From Kofleriaceae bacterium (GTDB lineage Bacteria > Myxococcota_A > Polyangia > Haliangiales > Haliangiaceae): a stretch of DNA of 64,000 nt. A program made the position numbers and the translations under genes. Of the stretch, positions 18,304 to 29,841 are shown piece after piece (position 1 is the first letter of the stretch; the number at the start of each line of letters is the position of its first letter). The stretch covers positions 32,001 to 96,000 of the forward strand of contig CBDCCZ010000004.1 of the NCBI GenBank assembly GCA_965215005.1. Direction: 5' to 3'. Below the pieces are notes generated by a model. The model saw nothing but the letters and a program-made list of their open reading frames with translations. It was not told the DNA's origin and searched no databases.

Positions 18304-19467
18304 ATGTCTGAGAACTCCGGCAGCAAATCGAGCGGCGGTTCGTCGCGGCCGCGTAAAGGCACCCTGGCGGAGGCGCGGGTACGCATAAGCGAGCTCGAGG
18401 CCGATTTGGCTGCGGCGCAGCGGACTATCAAGGCACTCCTGGACCGCGCTGAGCGATCTTCGACGGATGTGTCTCCAGAACACGAGGTCTTCGAGGCTGC
18501 CGCGCGGATGGAAGAGCTCATCCAGCAGCGGACCCGGGAGGTCGAGCAAAAGGGGATCGAGCTTGCCGCGGCCAATCGCGAGCTGCGCGATCTCACCAAT
18601 AATCTCGACCAAAGCGTCCGGCAGCGAACCCGCGCATTGGCCGAGTCGGAGGCCCAGCTGCGGCGCAAGAACGTCGAGCTCGAGCGGCTCAACGAGATCA
18701 AAGCCGAGTTTATTTCCATCGCGGCTCATGAGCTGCGGACGCCGCTAACCAGCATCGTTGGCTATCTGGATCTATTCATGGAAGGGCGCTTCGGTGCGCT
18801 AGCCGACAGCATGGTGCGACCGATGGGCTCGCTGCGGCGCAACTCGCATCGGCTCAAGCGCCTCGTCGACGAGATGCTCGACGTGAGTCGCATCGAGGCC
18901 GGGCGAGTCGCCCTGCGGCGTCGACCCGCATCGCTAGCCGAGATCGTGACCGACGTTTTGGCGGAGCTCGAACCGCTCGCCGCGGACAAAGAGCAACGGC
19001 TGCTGTGTGACTTGGGCGAGACGCCACCGGTGAGCGCTGATCCCGACAAGATTCATCAAGTCGTCGCCAATCTCGTTGCCAATGGCATCCGCTATACCCC
19101 TCACGGCGGTGAAATCACTGCCCTTGTCGATGAGGCGCCGCAAGATCGCTTTGCTGGCGCCTGGGCGCGGCTGCGGGTCCGTGACAACGGCGTGGGCATA
19201 CCCTCCGATATGCGCAGCCGGATTTTCGAGCCCTTCTCGGGCGTCAACCCTGTGAAGCACCACACCTCCGCAGGTCCCGACTCAGCCGGCTTGGGGCTCT
19301 ACATCGCGCGCGGACTGGTGGATTTGCACGGCGGGCTCATCACCGTGGAGTCCGAGGAGGGTGCTTATACCGAGTTTACGGTGCTGCTTCCGCTGGCCGA
19401 CGGCAGCGCTGCCGTGGCGGAATCGCCGCTGGCGACCGGCGGGACCAACGAGCGCACCATGCGCTGA
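18304..19467 (+). CDS. Cytoplasmic sensor histidine kinase (coiled coil, HisKA, HATPase)
   Basis: AHELRTPL H-box, [10 protein letters not shown]-box, DNGVGI and GLGL G-boxes. Confidence 0.92.
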   Translation: MSENSGSKSSGGSSRPRKGTLAEARVRISELEADLAAAQRTIKALLDRAERSSTDVSPEHEVFEAAARMEELIQQRTREVEQKGIELAAANRELRDLTNNLDQSVRQRTRALAESEAQLRRKNVELERLNEIKAEFISIAAHELRTPLTSIVGYLDLFMEGRFGALADSMVRPMGSLRRNSHRLKRLVDEMLDVSRIEAGRVALRRRPASLAEIVTDVLAELEPLAADKEQRLLCDLGETPPVSADPDKIHQVVANLVANGIRYTPHGGEITALVDEAPQDRFAGAWARLRVRDNGVGIPSDMRSRIFEPFSGVNPVKHHTSAGPDSAGLGLYIARGLVDLHGGLITVESEEGAYTEFTVLLPLADGSAAVAESPLATGGTNERTMR

Positions 19468-19661
19468 GCGCCGCTCCGTCGCCAACCCCGGAGCCGCCGG
19501 TACCGCGCCGCGATTCATGGCGCGGGCGACTGCTCAGCGCCTCGGATTGCAGCGATGACGGCTCGCATCGCTATACGCCAGCGCGGCAACGTCGCGATGG
19601 TTCGCGTGTCGCCGCGCCGCTGGCTGCTGCAGGAGTGGCTCGAGGCGCCGCGCGCCTCAGG

Positions 19662-21203
19662 CTACTTGCGCCGCCGATTGGCGGCTTTACCAGCTGATTT
19701 CTTGGCCTGCGATTTCTTCGCTGCAGGCTTCTTGGCAGTCGATTGTTTGGCCTGTGGAGTGTCGGCGGACTTCTTGTTCGAAGCTCGTTTCGCCGCTGTG
19801 GCCTTGCCCGCCGCTTTACCAGCTGCCTTGCCAGAAGGAGGCTTCTTGGCCGCGGCGGCCTTGGCCGACTTCTTGGCCGCAGGCTTCTTGGCAGCCACTT
19901 TCTTGGCCGTCGCGGCCTTAGCCGACGTTTTGGCCGCAGACTTCTTACCGACCACTTTCTTGGCTGCCGCGGCCTTGGCCGATTTCTTGGCTGCCGACTT
20001 CTTGGCGACTGCCTTTTTCGTGGCCGGCTTCTTGGCGACTGTGCTCTTGGCGGCGTTGGCGCCCGCCTTCTTACCGGCCGCTCGCTGCGAAGCCGCGCCC
20101 CGTGCTGACTTCTTGCTGCTGGCGGTCTTACTGTTGTCGGTCTTGCGCTTGGTTGCTGCAGCCGCCGGAACGCTCTTCTTGCCGCCTGTGCGACGTTGTG
20201 GCTCCGACACTGGAGGCGCCGGCACCGTGGTCGCCGTTGGCTTCTTGCCCGCTGCCTTGCGCGAGGCTGCCCGCTTCGCAGTCGAACGCGTCGCCGCGGG
20301 CGTGGAGCTCGCTTGCGCAGCCGCTTGCTTGGACGCCTTGGCCTCGCTCTCTCCTTCGCTGGCCTCGCTTGCGCCGGCCGCCGTGGCTGCCTCTGCCGGT
20401 TCCGTCGCCGCTTCGTCTTGCATGGTGACCTTCTTGGTTCGCTTTCGCGCCTTTGTGGGTGTCTGCTGCGCGTCTGCGTCTGGTTCCGCGGCGCGGCGCT
20501 CGTTTTTCTTGCGTTTCGCTTGAATGACCTCGGCCGCGCGCCGCTGGTGGAGCTTGCGCTTTTCCTCTGCGACCATTTCCGCCGCCGCTGCTCGCGCCTT
20601 TTCCGCGCGCTCGAGCTCTTCTGGGGCCATCGGCTCGGGCGCCGGCAGCGGCGTCACCGCGACCACGGCACCTTTCTTCTTCTTGCTGCGCTTCTTTGGC
20701 TTCTTCTCGCGGGGCGTTGGAAGCTCGGTGATGGCGGGATCGGCGTGGGGCAACGTGCCGGCGCCGCGGTTGTGCGCCATGATCCGCGCTTTGTCTTTGA
20801 AGGTGATCTCGACCTTGTTGTCGGGAAGCAGATCCGTCACAAAGCCGACGTCGTAGCTGGGATGCGCCACGATATCCATTGGCTCGTAGGTGTCGCGAAT
20901 CGAGTAAGGCCGGGAGATCTTCAGATCGACTTCCCGTACCCGCGACATCGCGTCTTCCCAGCTCGGCTTGTTGGTCTTGTTCTCCCGCACCGGCGTGTCG
21001 ACGTCGTCGTCGAAAGGCTCGCCTCGGGGCTTGCGGAACGAATGGACCTCGCCGCACACCTGGCACTGCACGCGACGAACTTCGTCTTCGTACATGCTTA
21101 TGATGGTGTGCGGGGTATCCCCCTTGCACCTAGGGCCAGGGCAATACGCGATGATTTCGCCGCCAACCTCTAGGACATCTTCATCGAAGATGGATGCCAC
21201 CAT
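19662..21203 (-). CDS. Zinc-ribbon protein with a long histone H1-like Lys/Ala-rich tail
   Basis: CPGPRC...CQVC N-terminus; C-terminal [15 protein letters not shown] repeats. Confidence 0.85.
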   Translation of the reverse strand: MVASIFDEDVLEVGGEIIAYCPGPRCKGDTPHTIISMYEDEVRRVQCQVCGEVHSFRKPRGEPFDDDVDTPVRENKTNKPSWEDAMSRVREVDLKISRPYSIRDTYEPMDIVAHPSYDVGFVTDLLPDNKVEITFKDKARIMAHNRGAGTLPHADPAITELPTPREKKPKKRSKKKKGAVVAVTPLPAPEPMAPEELERAEKARAAAAEMVAEEKRKLHQRRAAEVIQAKRKKNERRAAEPDADAQQTPTKARKRTKKVTMQDEAATEPAEAATAAGASEASEGESEAKASKQAAAQASSTPAATRSTAKRAASRKAAGKKPTATTVPAPPVSEPQRRTGGKKSVPAAAATKRKTDNSKTASSKKSARGAASQRAAGKKAGANAAKSTVAKKPATKKAVAKKSAAKKSAKAAAAKKVVGKKSAAKTSAKAATAKKVAAKKPAAKKSAKAAAAKKPPSGKAAGKAAGKATAAKRASNKKSADTPQAKQSTAKKPAAKKSQAKKSAGKAANRRRK

Positions 21204-21400
21204 GTGTCACTTTCGCCCAGGGGGCCGAAGCCCACGAATTTCTTCGTTTCTTCCTCAGGCCGGGTTCAATCCGGATGAGGACCGTGAAGTTGGTTATCTT
21301 GCTAACACAGCCGGCGAATTCTAGCAACCTTCCGCACTTATGGAGTTTCAGCGCTCCGAGCCAAGGCCTGGCATGGAACCGTCCGCGGTAGAGTGAGGCA

Positions 21401-22927
21401 ATGCGCCGCTTGGCCCTGGTTTACGTCCTGTTCGCGGCGGTGATCGCCTCGGCCGCGGGGCTTGCGTACTACGGCTATTCCTATTCATCGGAGCTCTCGA
21501 GCCGCGAGCGCGCGGTGATCATGGACACCATGCGGGAGCTCGCCGAGGAGAAAGTGCTCGGCATCGAGAGCGAGCTTCTCAAGTCCGATCGGATCGTGTT
21601 CACCGGGATCGATTTCGACGATCTGCCCGGCATTCGCGACCTGATTCGCTCTTCGGGTAGCTTTGCCGAGAGCATTTTGATTCTCGATGACGATCAGATG
21701 ATCGTCCCTGGCGGCTATCAGACCAAGCGGCAAACCGGCAGTCAGGAGTTTCGCAAGCTGTTCGAAGAACAGATCCGCCCGGAGCTGCACCTCGAGCGAG
21801 TCGTGCAAGGGCAACGAGGTCACCTCCACGCCATGTTCGATGGCCGTCCGTATTTGTTCTCGTACGTGCGTGCCCAGCACGATGACCGCACCTATTTCGT
21901 GGTCTTAGAAGAGGACCTTGCGTTTCTGGTCGGCAGCGTGTTTCCGCAGTTCTTCGGGGTCAGCTCGCCTCGGCTCTATCAGGTCGTCAACGACGTCGGT
22001 GAGCTCATCTACGGGTTTGACTTCGCCGGCATCCCAACCGATGACATCGTCGAGCTACCGTTCGTCGACACAGTCAGCCGCTGGCGGCTTCGGGTTGCGC
22101 AAAAGGACGCTTCGGCGCTGCGCGGCGATACCCGCCGGCAGCTCGTCGACGTGATCCTCATTGGCGTCGCTCTCGCGGTGATCATCGCAGGACTGGCGGT
22201 GTTGCTGATGGCGGTGCAGCGTGAGCGGCGCGCAAACGAGCTCAAGAGCGAGTTCATCAGCAACGTGTCCCACGAGCTCAAGACGCCGTTATCGATTATC
22301 AGCATGTTCGGAGAGATGCTCGCCTCGGGGCGCACCAAGTCATCGGCGCAGGCCACGGAGTACGCCGAAATCATTTGGCGCGAGAGCGTGCGGCTCTCGC
22401 GACTCATCGACAACGTCCTAGACTTTGCGAAGATCGAGCGCGGCGTAGACGTCTATGAATTCGCCGAAGGCGATGTAGGCGAGGTGGTGCCGCGGGCGCT
22501 CGAGCTGAGTCGCCACCGCCTCGAGCGCGCCGACCTCGAGGTCGAGGCCGATGTCGCGGACGACTTGCCGATGCAGCTCATCGACGCAAATGCATTGACG
22601 CTTGCCGTTCTCAACCTTGTCGACAACGCCATCAAATATGCGGCGGAGGGCGAAAAGCTCGTCGTCGCCGCCTATCGCGAGAATGGCCGCGTCTATCTGT
22701 CCGTGCGCGATTTCGGTCCCGGCATCGCCGCCGACGAGCACCACGCCATCTTCGACCGTTTTTATCGGGCCAAGGATGTGCGCCTGCGGCCGATTCGTGG
22801 CTCAGGGATCGGTTTGGCGCTGGTCAAACACATTGCGCTCGCTCATGGCGGCGGGGTCGAGGTCGCCAGTGCTGCTGGCCAGGGTGCAACCTTCCGCGTG
22901 TGGATTCCCGCAGCGCAGGGCGAGTAG
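21401..22927 (+). CDS. Membrane sensor histidine kinase
   Basis: Two TM segments, [29 protein letters not shown]. Confidence 0.93.
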   Translation: MRRLALVYVLFAAVIASAAGLAYYGYSYSSELSSRERAVIMDTMRELAEEKVLGIESELLKSDRIVFTGIDFDDLPGIRDLIRSSGSFAESILILDDDQMIVPGGYQTKRQTGSQEFRKLFEEQIRPELHLERVVQGQRGHLHAMFDGRPYLFSYVRAQHDDRTYFVVLEEDLAFLVGSVFPQFFGVSSPRLYQVVNDVGELIYGFDFAGIPTDDIVELPFVDTVSRWRLRVAQKDASALRGDTRRQLVDVILIGVALAVIIAGLAVLLMAVQRERRANELKSEFISNVSHELKTPLSIISMFGEMLASGRTKSSAQATEYAEIIWRESVRLSRLIDNVLDFAKIERGVDVYEFAEGDVGEVVPRALELSRHRLERADLEVEADVADDLPMQLIDANALTLAVLNLVDNAIKYAAEGEKLVVAAYRENGRVYLSVRDFGPGIAADEHHAIFDRFYRAKDVRLRPIRGSGIGLALVKHIALAHGGGVEVASAAGQGATFRVWIPAAQGE

Positions 22928-22937
22928 AGTACCCGGT

Positions 22938-23642
22938 ATGCAGCAGTCGGACGACGACAGTCGCAGGAGGATCCTGGTCATCGAGGATGAGCCAGACATC
23001 GTCCGGGGGCTTCGCGACGCGCTCGAGTTCGAGGGCTTCGAGGTTGAGGCCAAAGGCACCGGTGCCGAGGGATTGGAAGCCGCGACCGACTGGGTGCCAG
23101 ACTGCGTGCTCATCGATCTCATGCTTCCCGACGACAACGGCTATCGCGTGTGCGAGACGTTGCGGTCACGCGATCCGGTGGTGCCCATCATCATTCTCAC
23201 GGCCAAAGCACAAGAGGCCGACAAGGTGCGCGGGCTCGAAGCCGGCGCCGACGACTACGTCACCAAGCCGTTTTCGGTCGCCGAGCTCATCGCTCGCATC
23301 AACGCCATCTTTCGCCGTCACGCCCGGTTGGCGAGTCACGAAGAGACCTTCGAGATTGGGCCGTGGACCATCAATGCGCGCAAGCACACGATGAATCGCG
23401 GGCGCACGAGTAAGCGGCTCACCTTCTACGAGCTCGAGGTGCTCAAGCTGCTTCGCGAACGCGCCGACGATGCGGTGTCGCGAGATGAGCTGCTAGAGAA
23501 GGTCTGGGGCGTAGCGCCGACGCCAAATAACCGCACCGTCGATAACTTCGTGGTCAAGTTGCGCCGTAAGCTCGAAGAAGATCAGAAGAACCCGCGCCAC
23601 ATTCTCACCGTGTACGGCTACGGCTATAAGCTCGTGCCATAG
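22938..23642 (+). CDS. OmpR/PhoB family response regulator
   Basis: [20 protein letters not shown] receiver and wHTH ([15 protein letters not shown]...TVYGYGYK); start ATG 22938. Confidence 0.95.
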   Translation: MQQSDDDSRRRILVIEDEPDIVRGLRDALEFEGFEVEAKGTGAEGLEAATDWVPDCVLIDLMLPDDNGYRVCETLRSRDPVVPIIILTAKAQEADKVRGLEAGADDYVTKPFSVAELIARINAIFRRHARLASHEETFEIGPWTINARKHTMNRGRTSKRLTFYELEVLKLLRERADDAVSRDELLEKVWGVAPTPNNRTVDNFVVKLRRKLEEDQKNPRHILTVYGYGYKLVP

Positions 23643-23654
23643 GGGGCAAGGACG

Positions 23655-24305
23655 ATGATCAACCGCGGTAGCGACCTGTCCACCGACAGCACTCATCCGT
23701 GTCCTAGTTGTGGAGGACGGGTGCTGAGAGGCTACGCGCGCTGCCCCAAGTGCAACGCGCTCATGCCAGGCGCGCCGCACGCCGCGCGCGCCCCCACCAT
23801 GCACGAACGTCTCGCCGGCGGCACCCGGCTGCCAGACGCGTCACGAACGCGTACGTTGATGGCGCTTGGAGCGGCCACGCTGGCAGCGCTGGCCGTGCTC
23901 CTACTGCTGGCGGTGACCAGCGGCCGGTCCGCGTCCGAGTCGGCTCCCGAGGAGCTGGTGGAGGCGCCGGTGGCGGAGCCTGACCCCTCGATTGCACTGT
24001 CGGCGCCCCCGGTTGCGGCGGCGCCAGTGCTCACGGAGGAGGTCGATGCGGCGGAGCTGGAGGCGTCGCAACGGCAGGAGGCGCGCTCGGTGCTCCGCGA
24101 GGCGCTTAGACTCCAGCGGGTGTGGGCAGAGGTGGAAGCCGACCCCGAGGAGCCGGCGGTGGTGGTGCTGCGCTCAGCGCTTTGCGAGGATCCAGCGTTG
24201 GCGGCGGTGCTCGCCGACCAACAACAGGCGCTCTCAGCCGCGGGGCTCACGCTGGTGCGCTGCCACGCGCGCCACGGCAAACTGCTATTCGAGCAGCGGC
24301 TGTAG
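23655..24305 (+). CDS. Hypothetical zinc-ribbon single-TM protein
   Basis: CPSC...CPKC followed by one TM helix; co-oriented with the two-component pair. Confidence 0.65.
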   Translation: MINRGSDLSTDSTHPCPSCGGRVLRGYARCPKCNALMPGAPHAARAPTMHERLAGGTRLPDASRTRTLMALGAATLAALAVLLLLAVTSGRSASESAPEELVEAPVAEPDPSIALSAPPVAAAPVLTEEVDAAELEASQRQEARSVLREALRLQRVWAEVEADPEEPAVVVLRSALCEDPALAAVLADQQQALSAAGLTLVRCHARHGKLLFEQRL

Positions 24306-24378
24306 CGCGCTGAGCCCCAGTCAAATCGCGCGGGCAGCCATCCTCCTGATGGCCTCATCAAGGCCAGGTCCGGCCGTT

Positions 24379-25578
24379 CTACGCGGCGCGCTCCGCTCCG
24401 CTGCGTCGCCTTCGCGGCAATGCCAACAGCGCCAGCACCGACAAGCTCAACACCAGGGGGCCGAAGGGACTCTGGTTGCTGACCGAACAACAACCGCCGG
24501 TCTCGAGCTCGGCGCGCTTACACTCAGGTGCCTCGCCCGTCTTCGGGTAGATCGCGCACGCCCCGGCGATGTCATCGGGCTCGAGCGTGATTTTCTTGGT
24601 CTCGCCGCACTCCTGAAAGTTGTACATCGTCGGTTCGCTAATCGCCGGTGGCGGCGTGCGGCGCGTGCACAGGGGCACGACGTTGCCGTTGCCATCTAGC
24701 GGCGCCGCACCGGCCTGATCGTGGCAGGTGTGGTCGAGCCCGATGAGGTGGCCGACCTCATGGGTGAGAGTGTTGGCCAAATCGGCGAGGCAGGGCTCGG
24801 AGGCTTCGCTGCTGCCATCGGTGGAGATGGCGAAATCCACCCCGTTGAGCTCAATATCCGCGTCGACGATCTCGCCGTTGCGGTCGCTGTCAGGATCGTC
24901 GATGAAGGTGAGAATCGTGAGAGCGGCGGCCATGGGCGCGTAGCAGCGTTCCTCCGCATCGTCGTTGGCCGGACGGCACCACTTGGTATCGCGGAAGCGA
25001 ATCAGATTGATCCCGTCGAAGCCCGGCTCCGCTTCTCGCGGCCCTTCGAGCACGAACTCGAGATACGAGCAGCTCGAGATGGCCTGCTGCCAGGTTCGAA
25101 ACACTTGATCGAGAATCGCGAACTCAGCGTCGCCGGCGATCGCCGCGGTGCCTTCCGGGTGGTAGGCGATATAGACGCAGCCCGCCTTCCACCGCAGCGG
25201 CTCCCCTTTGTCGGTCGTCGTGCGCACGAACTTGGCTGTGTCGGTGGCGCTCAGCACCTCGGTGAGGGTGAGTGTTGGGGTAGCGCCGCGCCGCCCGCTC
25301 GCATGAGCGCGAACCGTCACGCTCTCGCCGGCAACCAGCAGACGAGGGCCATGCAGGATGAGCTGGCCGAATCCATCCGCTGAGCCGCCGAGCTGCCCGA
25401 CGACGACCTCATCGCCGGCAGGCGTCTGCAGCACCGACTCGGTGACGAGATTGCCGTCGACGGTCCAGCGCGATTCGCTGTGCAGCACGATGCCGCTCAG
25501 CTCGACCTCGGCGGCATGAGCCGCCAACGGCAGGAGCAGTGCCGCTACAAACGCCAGGATTCGCAGGGAGAGCCGCAC
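24379..25578 (-). CDS. Matrixin-like (metzincin) metalloprotease with a MYXO-CTERM sorting signal
   Basis: HEVGHLIGLDH and Met-turn TMY; C-terminal GGCCSVS-hydrophobic-RRRR; signal peptide from GTG 25578. Confidence 0.88.
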   Translation of the reverse strand: MRLSLRILAFVAALLLPLAAHAAEVELSGIVLHSESRWTVDGNLVTESVLQTPAGDEVVVGQLGGSADGFGQLILHGPRLLVAGESVTVRAHASGRRGATPTLTLTEVLSATDTAKFVRTTTDKGEPLRWKAGCVYIAYHPEGTAAIAGDAEFAILDQVFRTWQQAISSCSYLEFVLEGPREAEPGFDGINLIRFRDTKWCRPANDDAEERCYAPMAAALTILTFIDDPDSDRNGEIVDADIELNGVDFAISTDGSSEASEPCLADLANTLTHEVGHLIGLDHTCHDQAGAAPLDGNGNVVPLCTRRTPPPAISEPTMYNFQECGETKKITLEPDDIAGACAIYPKTGEAPECKRAELETGGCCSVSNQSPFGPLVLSLSVLALLALPRRRRSGAERAA

Positions 25579-25617
25579 TGTTCGCAACCTATCACGGCGT
25601 GCTAAAAGCTGCCCACC

Positions 25618-27084
25618 ATGGCTGTCGACGGTCCTCAGAATGCCAAATCGGTGCGGGTCCGCATCGCTCCGTCCCCCACGGGTGATCCGCATGTCGGCAC
25701 TGCCTACATCGCGCTCTTCAACTACGTTTTTGCCAAGCAACATCATGGTCAGTTCATCCTGCGGATCGAAGACACCGATCGGGCGCGATCACGAGCCGAT
25801 AGCGAGGCGATGATCTTCGAGGCGCTGCGGTGGGTGGGGCTCGAGTGGGACGAAGGTCCGGATAAAGGTGGCCCAATGGGGCCTTACCGGCAATCGGAGC
25901 GGTCGGCGATCTATGCGGAGCACGCGCAGATTCTGCTCGACACCGGCAAAGCCTACCGATGTTTCTGCACGACCGAGCGCCTCGCCGAGCTCCGCGAGCG
26001 TCAGCGCGCAAACAAAGAACGTCTTGGCTACGATCGCCATTGCCGCGCCATTGCGGCCGGTGAGTCGTCCGCGCGGGCCAACGCGCAAGAGCCGCATGTG
26101 GTTCGTCTCGCGATGCCAACCGATGGCAAGACGCGCTACCGAGACCATCTGCGGGGCGATATCGAGTTCGAGAATGCGCAGATCGACGACCAGGTCTTGC
26201 TCAAGTCAGATGGCTTTCCCACCTATCATCTGGCCAACGTCGTCGATGATCACTTGATGCAGATCACGCACGTGATTCGTGCTGAGGAGTGGATCACCTC
26301 GACCCCTAAGCATGTGCTGCTGTATGAGGCGTTCGGCTGGCAGCAGCCGACGTGGATCCACATGCCGCTGCTGCGCAATAGTGACAAGTCGAAGATCTCC
26401 AAGCGCAAGAACCCGGTTTCGATCAATTTTTACCGCGACCTCGGCGTGCTCCCTGAGGCGCTGCTCAACTTCTTGGCCATCATGGGCTGGTCGCTGGGCG
26501 GCGATCGAGAGAAATTTACCCTCGCGGAGATGATCGATGGCTTCGATTGGGCGCGAGTCTCGCTCGGTGGACCGGTGTTCGATCAAGACAAGCTCCGTTG
26601 GCTCAACGAGCAGTACATTCACGCGCTGTCGCACGAAGAGCTGGTCGATCGACTGCAAGACTGGCGGCTGGGGCGCGAGCACCTGCTGGCAATCGCGCCG
26701 CTGATGCGCGAGCGAATCAAAGTGCTGAGCGACTTCATTCCGGGGACCGAGTTCTTCTTCTCGGGCGGCGTTGATCACAGCGCCATTGCCGCCGACCTGA
26801 AGATGGGCGATGCGCCCAAGAAAGACATCCGCGTTGCGATCGCCGAGCTTATCGAGCGCTATGAAGCGCTGGAATCATGGGAGCCGAGCGCGCTCGAAAC
26901 CGCGTCTCGCACGTTTTGCGATGACAAAGGGTTGAAGGCCAAGCACGTGTTCATGCTGGTGCGTCTGCTCGTTACCGGACGCAAAGCGTCGCCGGGCCTA
27001 TTTGAGACCATGGCGGTGCTCGGCAAGGAGCTCTGTCGGTACCGAATGCGGCAGGGCTCGGACCTCCTGGCGACCCTAAAGTGA
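25618..27084 (+). CDS. gltX: Glutamate--tRNA ligase
   Basis: [13 protein letters not shown] (HIGH-like), LRIEDTD, KISKR (KMSKS-like). Confidence 0.97.
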   Translation: MAVDGPQNAKSVRVRIAPSPTGDPHVGTAYIALFNYVFAKQHHGQFILRIEDTDRARSRADSEAMIFEALRWVGLEWDEGPDKGGPMGPYRQSERSAIYAEHAQILLDTGKAYRCFCTTERLAELRERQRANKERLGYDRHCRAIAAGESSARANAQEPHVVRLAMPTDGKTRYRDHLRGDIEFENAQIDDQVLLKSDGFPTYHLANVVDDHLMQITHVIRAEEWITSTPKHVLLYEAFGWQQPTWIHMPLLRNSDKSKISKRKNPVSINFYRDLGVLPEALLNFLAIMGWSLGGDREKFTLAEMIDGFDWARVSLGGPVFDQDKLRWLNEQYIHALSHEELVDRLQDWRLGREHLLAIAPLMRERIKVLSDFIPGTEFFFSGGVDHSAIAADLKMGDAPKKDIRVAIAELIERYEALESWEPSALETASRTFCDDKGLKAKHVFMLVRLLVTGRKASPGLFETMAVLGKELCRYRMRQGSDLLATLK

Positions 27085-27920
27085 CCGCGTCGGCAAACCC
27101 CCAGACGCGTTCCAGCGCGCTGGGACGGCTGCTTCGGCGTCTCACGGTGGAGCAGTGGCGCGCCATCGACTCGGAGTGCGAAGCTGCCCGCAGCCGCGAG
27201 CTCGGCCAGCAGTTCGACTGGCGACCGCTGGTGGTGTTGGTGGTAGCCGCGATTTCGCTGAGCCTGCAGGAGTACTTTGGCCACCGCGGCTACTTTCAGG
27301 AGTTATTTCCACCTGCCGCCAACGATGACTGGTACCAGCTCAAGGGCTTCGTCTGGTGGTCGGGGTGGCGCTTCTTTGGCTACGTGGTGCTGCCGGTGGC
27401 GGCGATTTGGATCATGCCGGGTGAGCGTGTTCGCGACTACTTCCTCGGCTTCCGCGGCTTCCTTCGCCATCTAGGCCTCTACGGGGTGCTCTTCATCCTG
27501 GTGTTGCCCATGGTGGTCATTGCAGCTCGAACCGAGTCGTTCTTTCTCACCTATCCGTTTTACAAGTGGGCGAATCGCTCGGCTCTGGATTTCTGGCTTT
27601 GGCAGGCGCTGTACGGCTTGCAGTTCCTCTCGCTCGAGTTCTTCTTTCGCGGCTTCTTGCTCTATGGACTGCGGTACAGCATGGGCTCTAAGGCCATCTT
27701 CGTGATGATCGTGCCCTACTGCATGATTCACTTCGGAAAGCCGCTGCCTGAGACCTTGGGTGCCATCGGCGCCGGGCTCATCCTCGGCACCATCGCCATG
27801 CGCACCAAATCGATCTGGGGCGGCGTGCTCATCCATTGCGCAGTGGCGTTGACCATGGACGCGCTGGCGGTGGGACATTGCCCGCAGCCGCAGGCCAACC
27901 TGCCGTGTCGCAGTCACTGA
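27081..27920 (+). CDS. CPBP family intramembrane glutamic endopeptidase
   Basis: [17 protein letters not shown] and GVLIH motifs; multi-TM. Confidence 0.88.
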   Translation: MTASANPQTRSSALGRLLRRLTVEQWRAIDSECEAARSRELGQQFDWRPLVVLVVAAISLSLQEYFGHRGYFQELFPPAANDDWYQLKGFVWWSGWRFFGYVVLPVAAIWIMPGERVRDYFLGFRGFLRHLGLYGVLFILVLPMVVIAARTESFFLTYPFYKWANRSALDFWLWQALYGLQFLSLEFFFRGFLLYGLRYSMGSKAIFVMIVPYCMIHFGKPLPETLGAIGAGLILGTIAMRTKSIWGGVLIHCAVALTMDALAVGHCPQPQANLPCRSH

Positions 27921-27982
27921 GCTGCAGAACCCCTTGCGCGGCTCGCGGCCGGCTGGCTCGCTGGCGCCACGTTTGATGCGCC

Positions 27983-29428
27983 ATGCTCGAGCTTACGTGG
28001 ATCCTGTATGCGGGCGTGTTGAGCTTACTCGCTGTCTATGGAGCGCACCGCCTGTTGCTCACCTGGCGCGCCTGGCACCTGGCGCCGCAAGGCAGCGTCG
28101 AGGCGCCAGAGTTGCCTGCGGAGCTGCCTCGGGTGACGGTTCAGCTTCCGCTCTACAACGAATTCTATGTGGCCGAGCGGGTGATTGCGGCGGCCGCGGC
28201 TCTGGATTGGCCGGCGGACCGACTACACCTGCAAATCCTCGACGACTCCACCGACGAGACTAGTGCGCACTGCGCGCGCTTGATCGCCGAGCTCAAAGCT
28301 CGCGGCCTGCAGGTCGATCACCTTCGCCGCAGCAATCGGCGTGGGTTCAAAGCTGGTGCGCTCGCAGCCGGGCTCGCTGCCACAGACGCGGAGCTGATCT
28401 TGGTGCTCGATGCCGACTTCGTGCCGCCGCCATCGCTCTTGCGAGACACCGTGGGCCACTTCGCAGATCCGAGCGTTGGCATGGTGCAGGTGCGTTGGGA
28501 GCATCTCAATCGCTGTGCCTCATTGCTCACGCGCGTGCAGTCCATCCTCCTCGATGGCCACTTCGTAATCGAGCAGAACGTGCGTGCTCAGCGGGGCCAG
28601 TTTTTCAACTTCAATGGCACTGCTGGGATCTGGCGTCGCTCCGCTATCGAGAGCGCCGGCGGGTGGCAGGCAGACACGCTCACCGAAGACCTCGATTTAT
28701 CGTATCGCGCGCTTTTGGCGGGTTGGCGTTTCGTTTACCGACTCGATGCAGCCGCTCCCGCGGAGTTGCCCGCGGACATGAATGCGTTCAAGTCGCAACA
28801 GTTTCGCTGGGCGAAGGGCTCGGTGCAGGTTGCCCGCAAGGTCCTGCCAGCGGTGTTGCGTGCGCGTTTGCCGCTGCACGTCAAGCTCGAGGCGGCGCTG
28901 CACTTGACGCAAAATCTGCCGCACCTCTTGATGCTACTTCTCGTGCTCCTCGCGGTGCCGGCGCTGCTGCTGCGCGGGTCGGCGAGCGCGGCCGAGACGT
29001 GGCTCGTCCATATGCCTACGCTGCTGGTGAGCGCGGTGACGGCGGCGGCTTACGCCGGGGTGAGCCAGCATTCGCTGGGGCGAGATGATTGGCGCGGCGC
29101 CCTCTGGCGCGCCCCGGCGCTCGTGGCCGTGGCCGCTGGCCTGTGTGTGAGCCAAGCCAGGGCGGTCGTAGAAGGCGCACTGGGGCACCAGACGCCGTTC
29201 GTGCGTACACCCAAGCACGGCGGCGCGGCTGCGACCGGACGCTGGCGTAGGCTCCGCTACCGCGGAATGCCCGGCCCTACGTGCGTGGCCGAGCTCTTTC
29301 TCGGGGCCTACTTCGCAGCCGCTTGCGCGCTTGGCTGGGTGCTGGGGACCTGGGCGGTGTTGCCGGCGTTCATCCTCTTGTGCGCAGGCTTCAGCTACGT
29401 CGGTACGTGTTCCCTGCTGCGCCGGTGA
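27983..29428 (+). CDS. Glycosyltransferase family 2 (cellulose synthase-like, processive)
   Basis: QLPLYNE, DDSTD, KAGAL, DADF, TEDLD, QQFRW motifs. Confidence 0.92.
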   Translation: MLELTWILYAGVLSLLAVYGAHRLLLTWRAWHLAPQGSVEAPELPAELPRVTVQLPLYNEFYVAERVIAAAAALDWPADRLHLQILDDSTDETSAHCARLIAELKARGLQVDHLRRSNRRGFKAGALAAGLAATDAELILVLDADFVPPPSLLRDTVGHFADPSVGMVQVRWEHLNRCASLLTRVQSILLDGHFVIEQNVRAQRGQFFNFNGTAGIWRRSAIESAGGWQADTLTEDLDLSYRALLAGWRFVYRLDAAAPAELPADMNAFKSQQFRWAKGSVQVARKVLPAVLRARLPLHVKLEAALHLTQNLPHLLMLLLVLLAVPALLLRGSASAAETWLVHMPTLLVSAVTAAAYAGVSQHSLGRDDWRGALWRAPALVAVAAGLCVSQARAVVEGALGHQTPFVRTPKHGGAAATGRWRRLRYRGMPGPTCVAELFLGAYFAAACALGWVLGTWAVLPAFILLCAGFSYVGTCSLLRR

Positions 29429-29471
29429 GACGCATTGGCTGACCGCTGTAATTCTCGAGGTCGCGGGGCGA

Positions 29472-29504
29472 GAAAAGAAAAGGGCGGCTCGAAAGCCGCC
29501 CTTT
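29472..29504 (-). terminator. Intrinsic terminator of the 6S RNA gene (may also serve the convergent GT2 gene)
   Basis: Minus strand AAAGGGCGGCT-TTCG-AGCCGCCCTTT followed by TCTTTT. Confidence 0.9.
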
Positions 29505-29512
29505 GAAAAGAT

Positions 29513-29697
29513 GGGTTCTCCGCTTGGACCGTGGGCAAAAAATCTATCCCCTACGTTTTGCGTAGGTGGGCTCCGCGATAACCGAAGCTAAGGCTTCCCG
29601 ACGTGCGGGCGTGCGCGCTTCAGCCAGAGACAGATCCCAGGATAGACATTGTAGGGAAAAGATTTGTACCCGTACTCGTGTCTAGCAGATGAAACCC
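29513..29697 (-). ncRNA. ssrS: 6S RNA
   Basis: About 185-nt rod: 5' GGGTTTC..TCTGCT..GGGTACAAA pairs with 3' TTTGCCC..AGCGGA-GAACCC; inner TCTATCC/GGATAGA; 6S-type GGGAAGCC and GCCCACCT motifs; own promoter and terminator. Confidence 0.8.
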
Positions 29698-29704
29698 AAG
29701 AGCT

Positions 29705-29733
29705 ACGTTAATGACGACAGTGGCAGGCGTCAA
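29705..29733 (-). promoter_or_regulatory. Sigma70-type promoter of the 6S RNA
   Basis: TTGACG-17 bp-TAACGT, ending 7 nt before the predicted RNA 5' end. Confidence 0.75.
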
Positions 29734-29841
29734 GGACAATGAAGCGGCCCCCGCGAAGTCTCGCAAACGTGCCAAAGGGAGTCGTTTGCGCCGCAACGTC
29801 ATTCTCGCTCCCGGCGTTTTTCCCTTGACCGTGACGGGTGA

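Noticed and set aside
19555..20523. 322-aa hydrophobic plus-strand ORF (FLAA repeats)
   Set aside because: Antisense shadow of the AKK-repeat tail on the minus strand.
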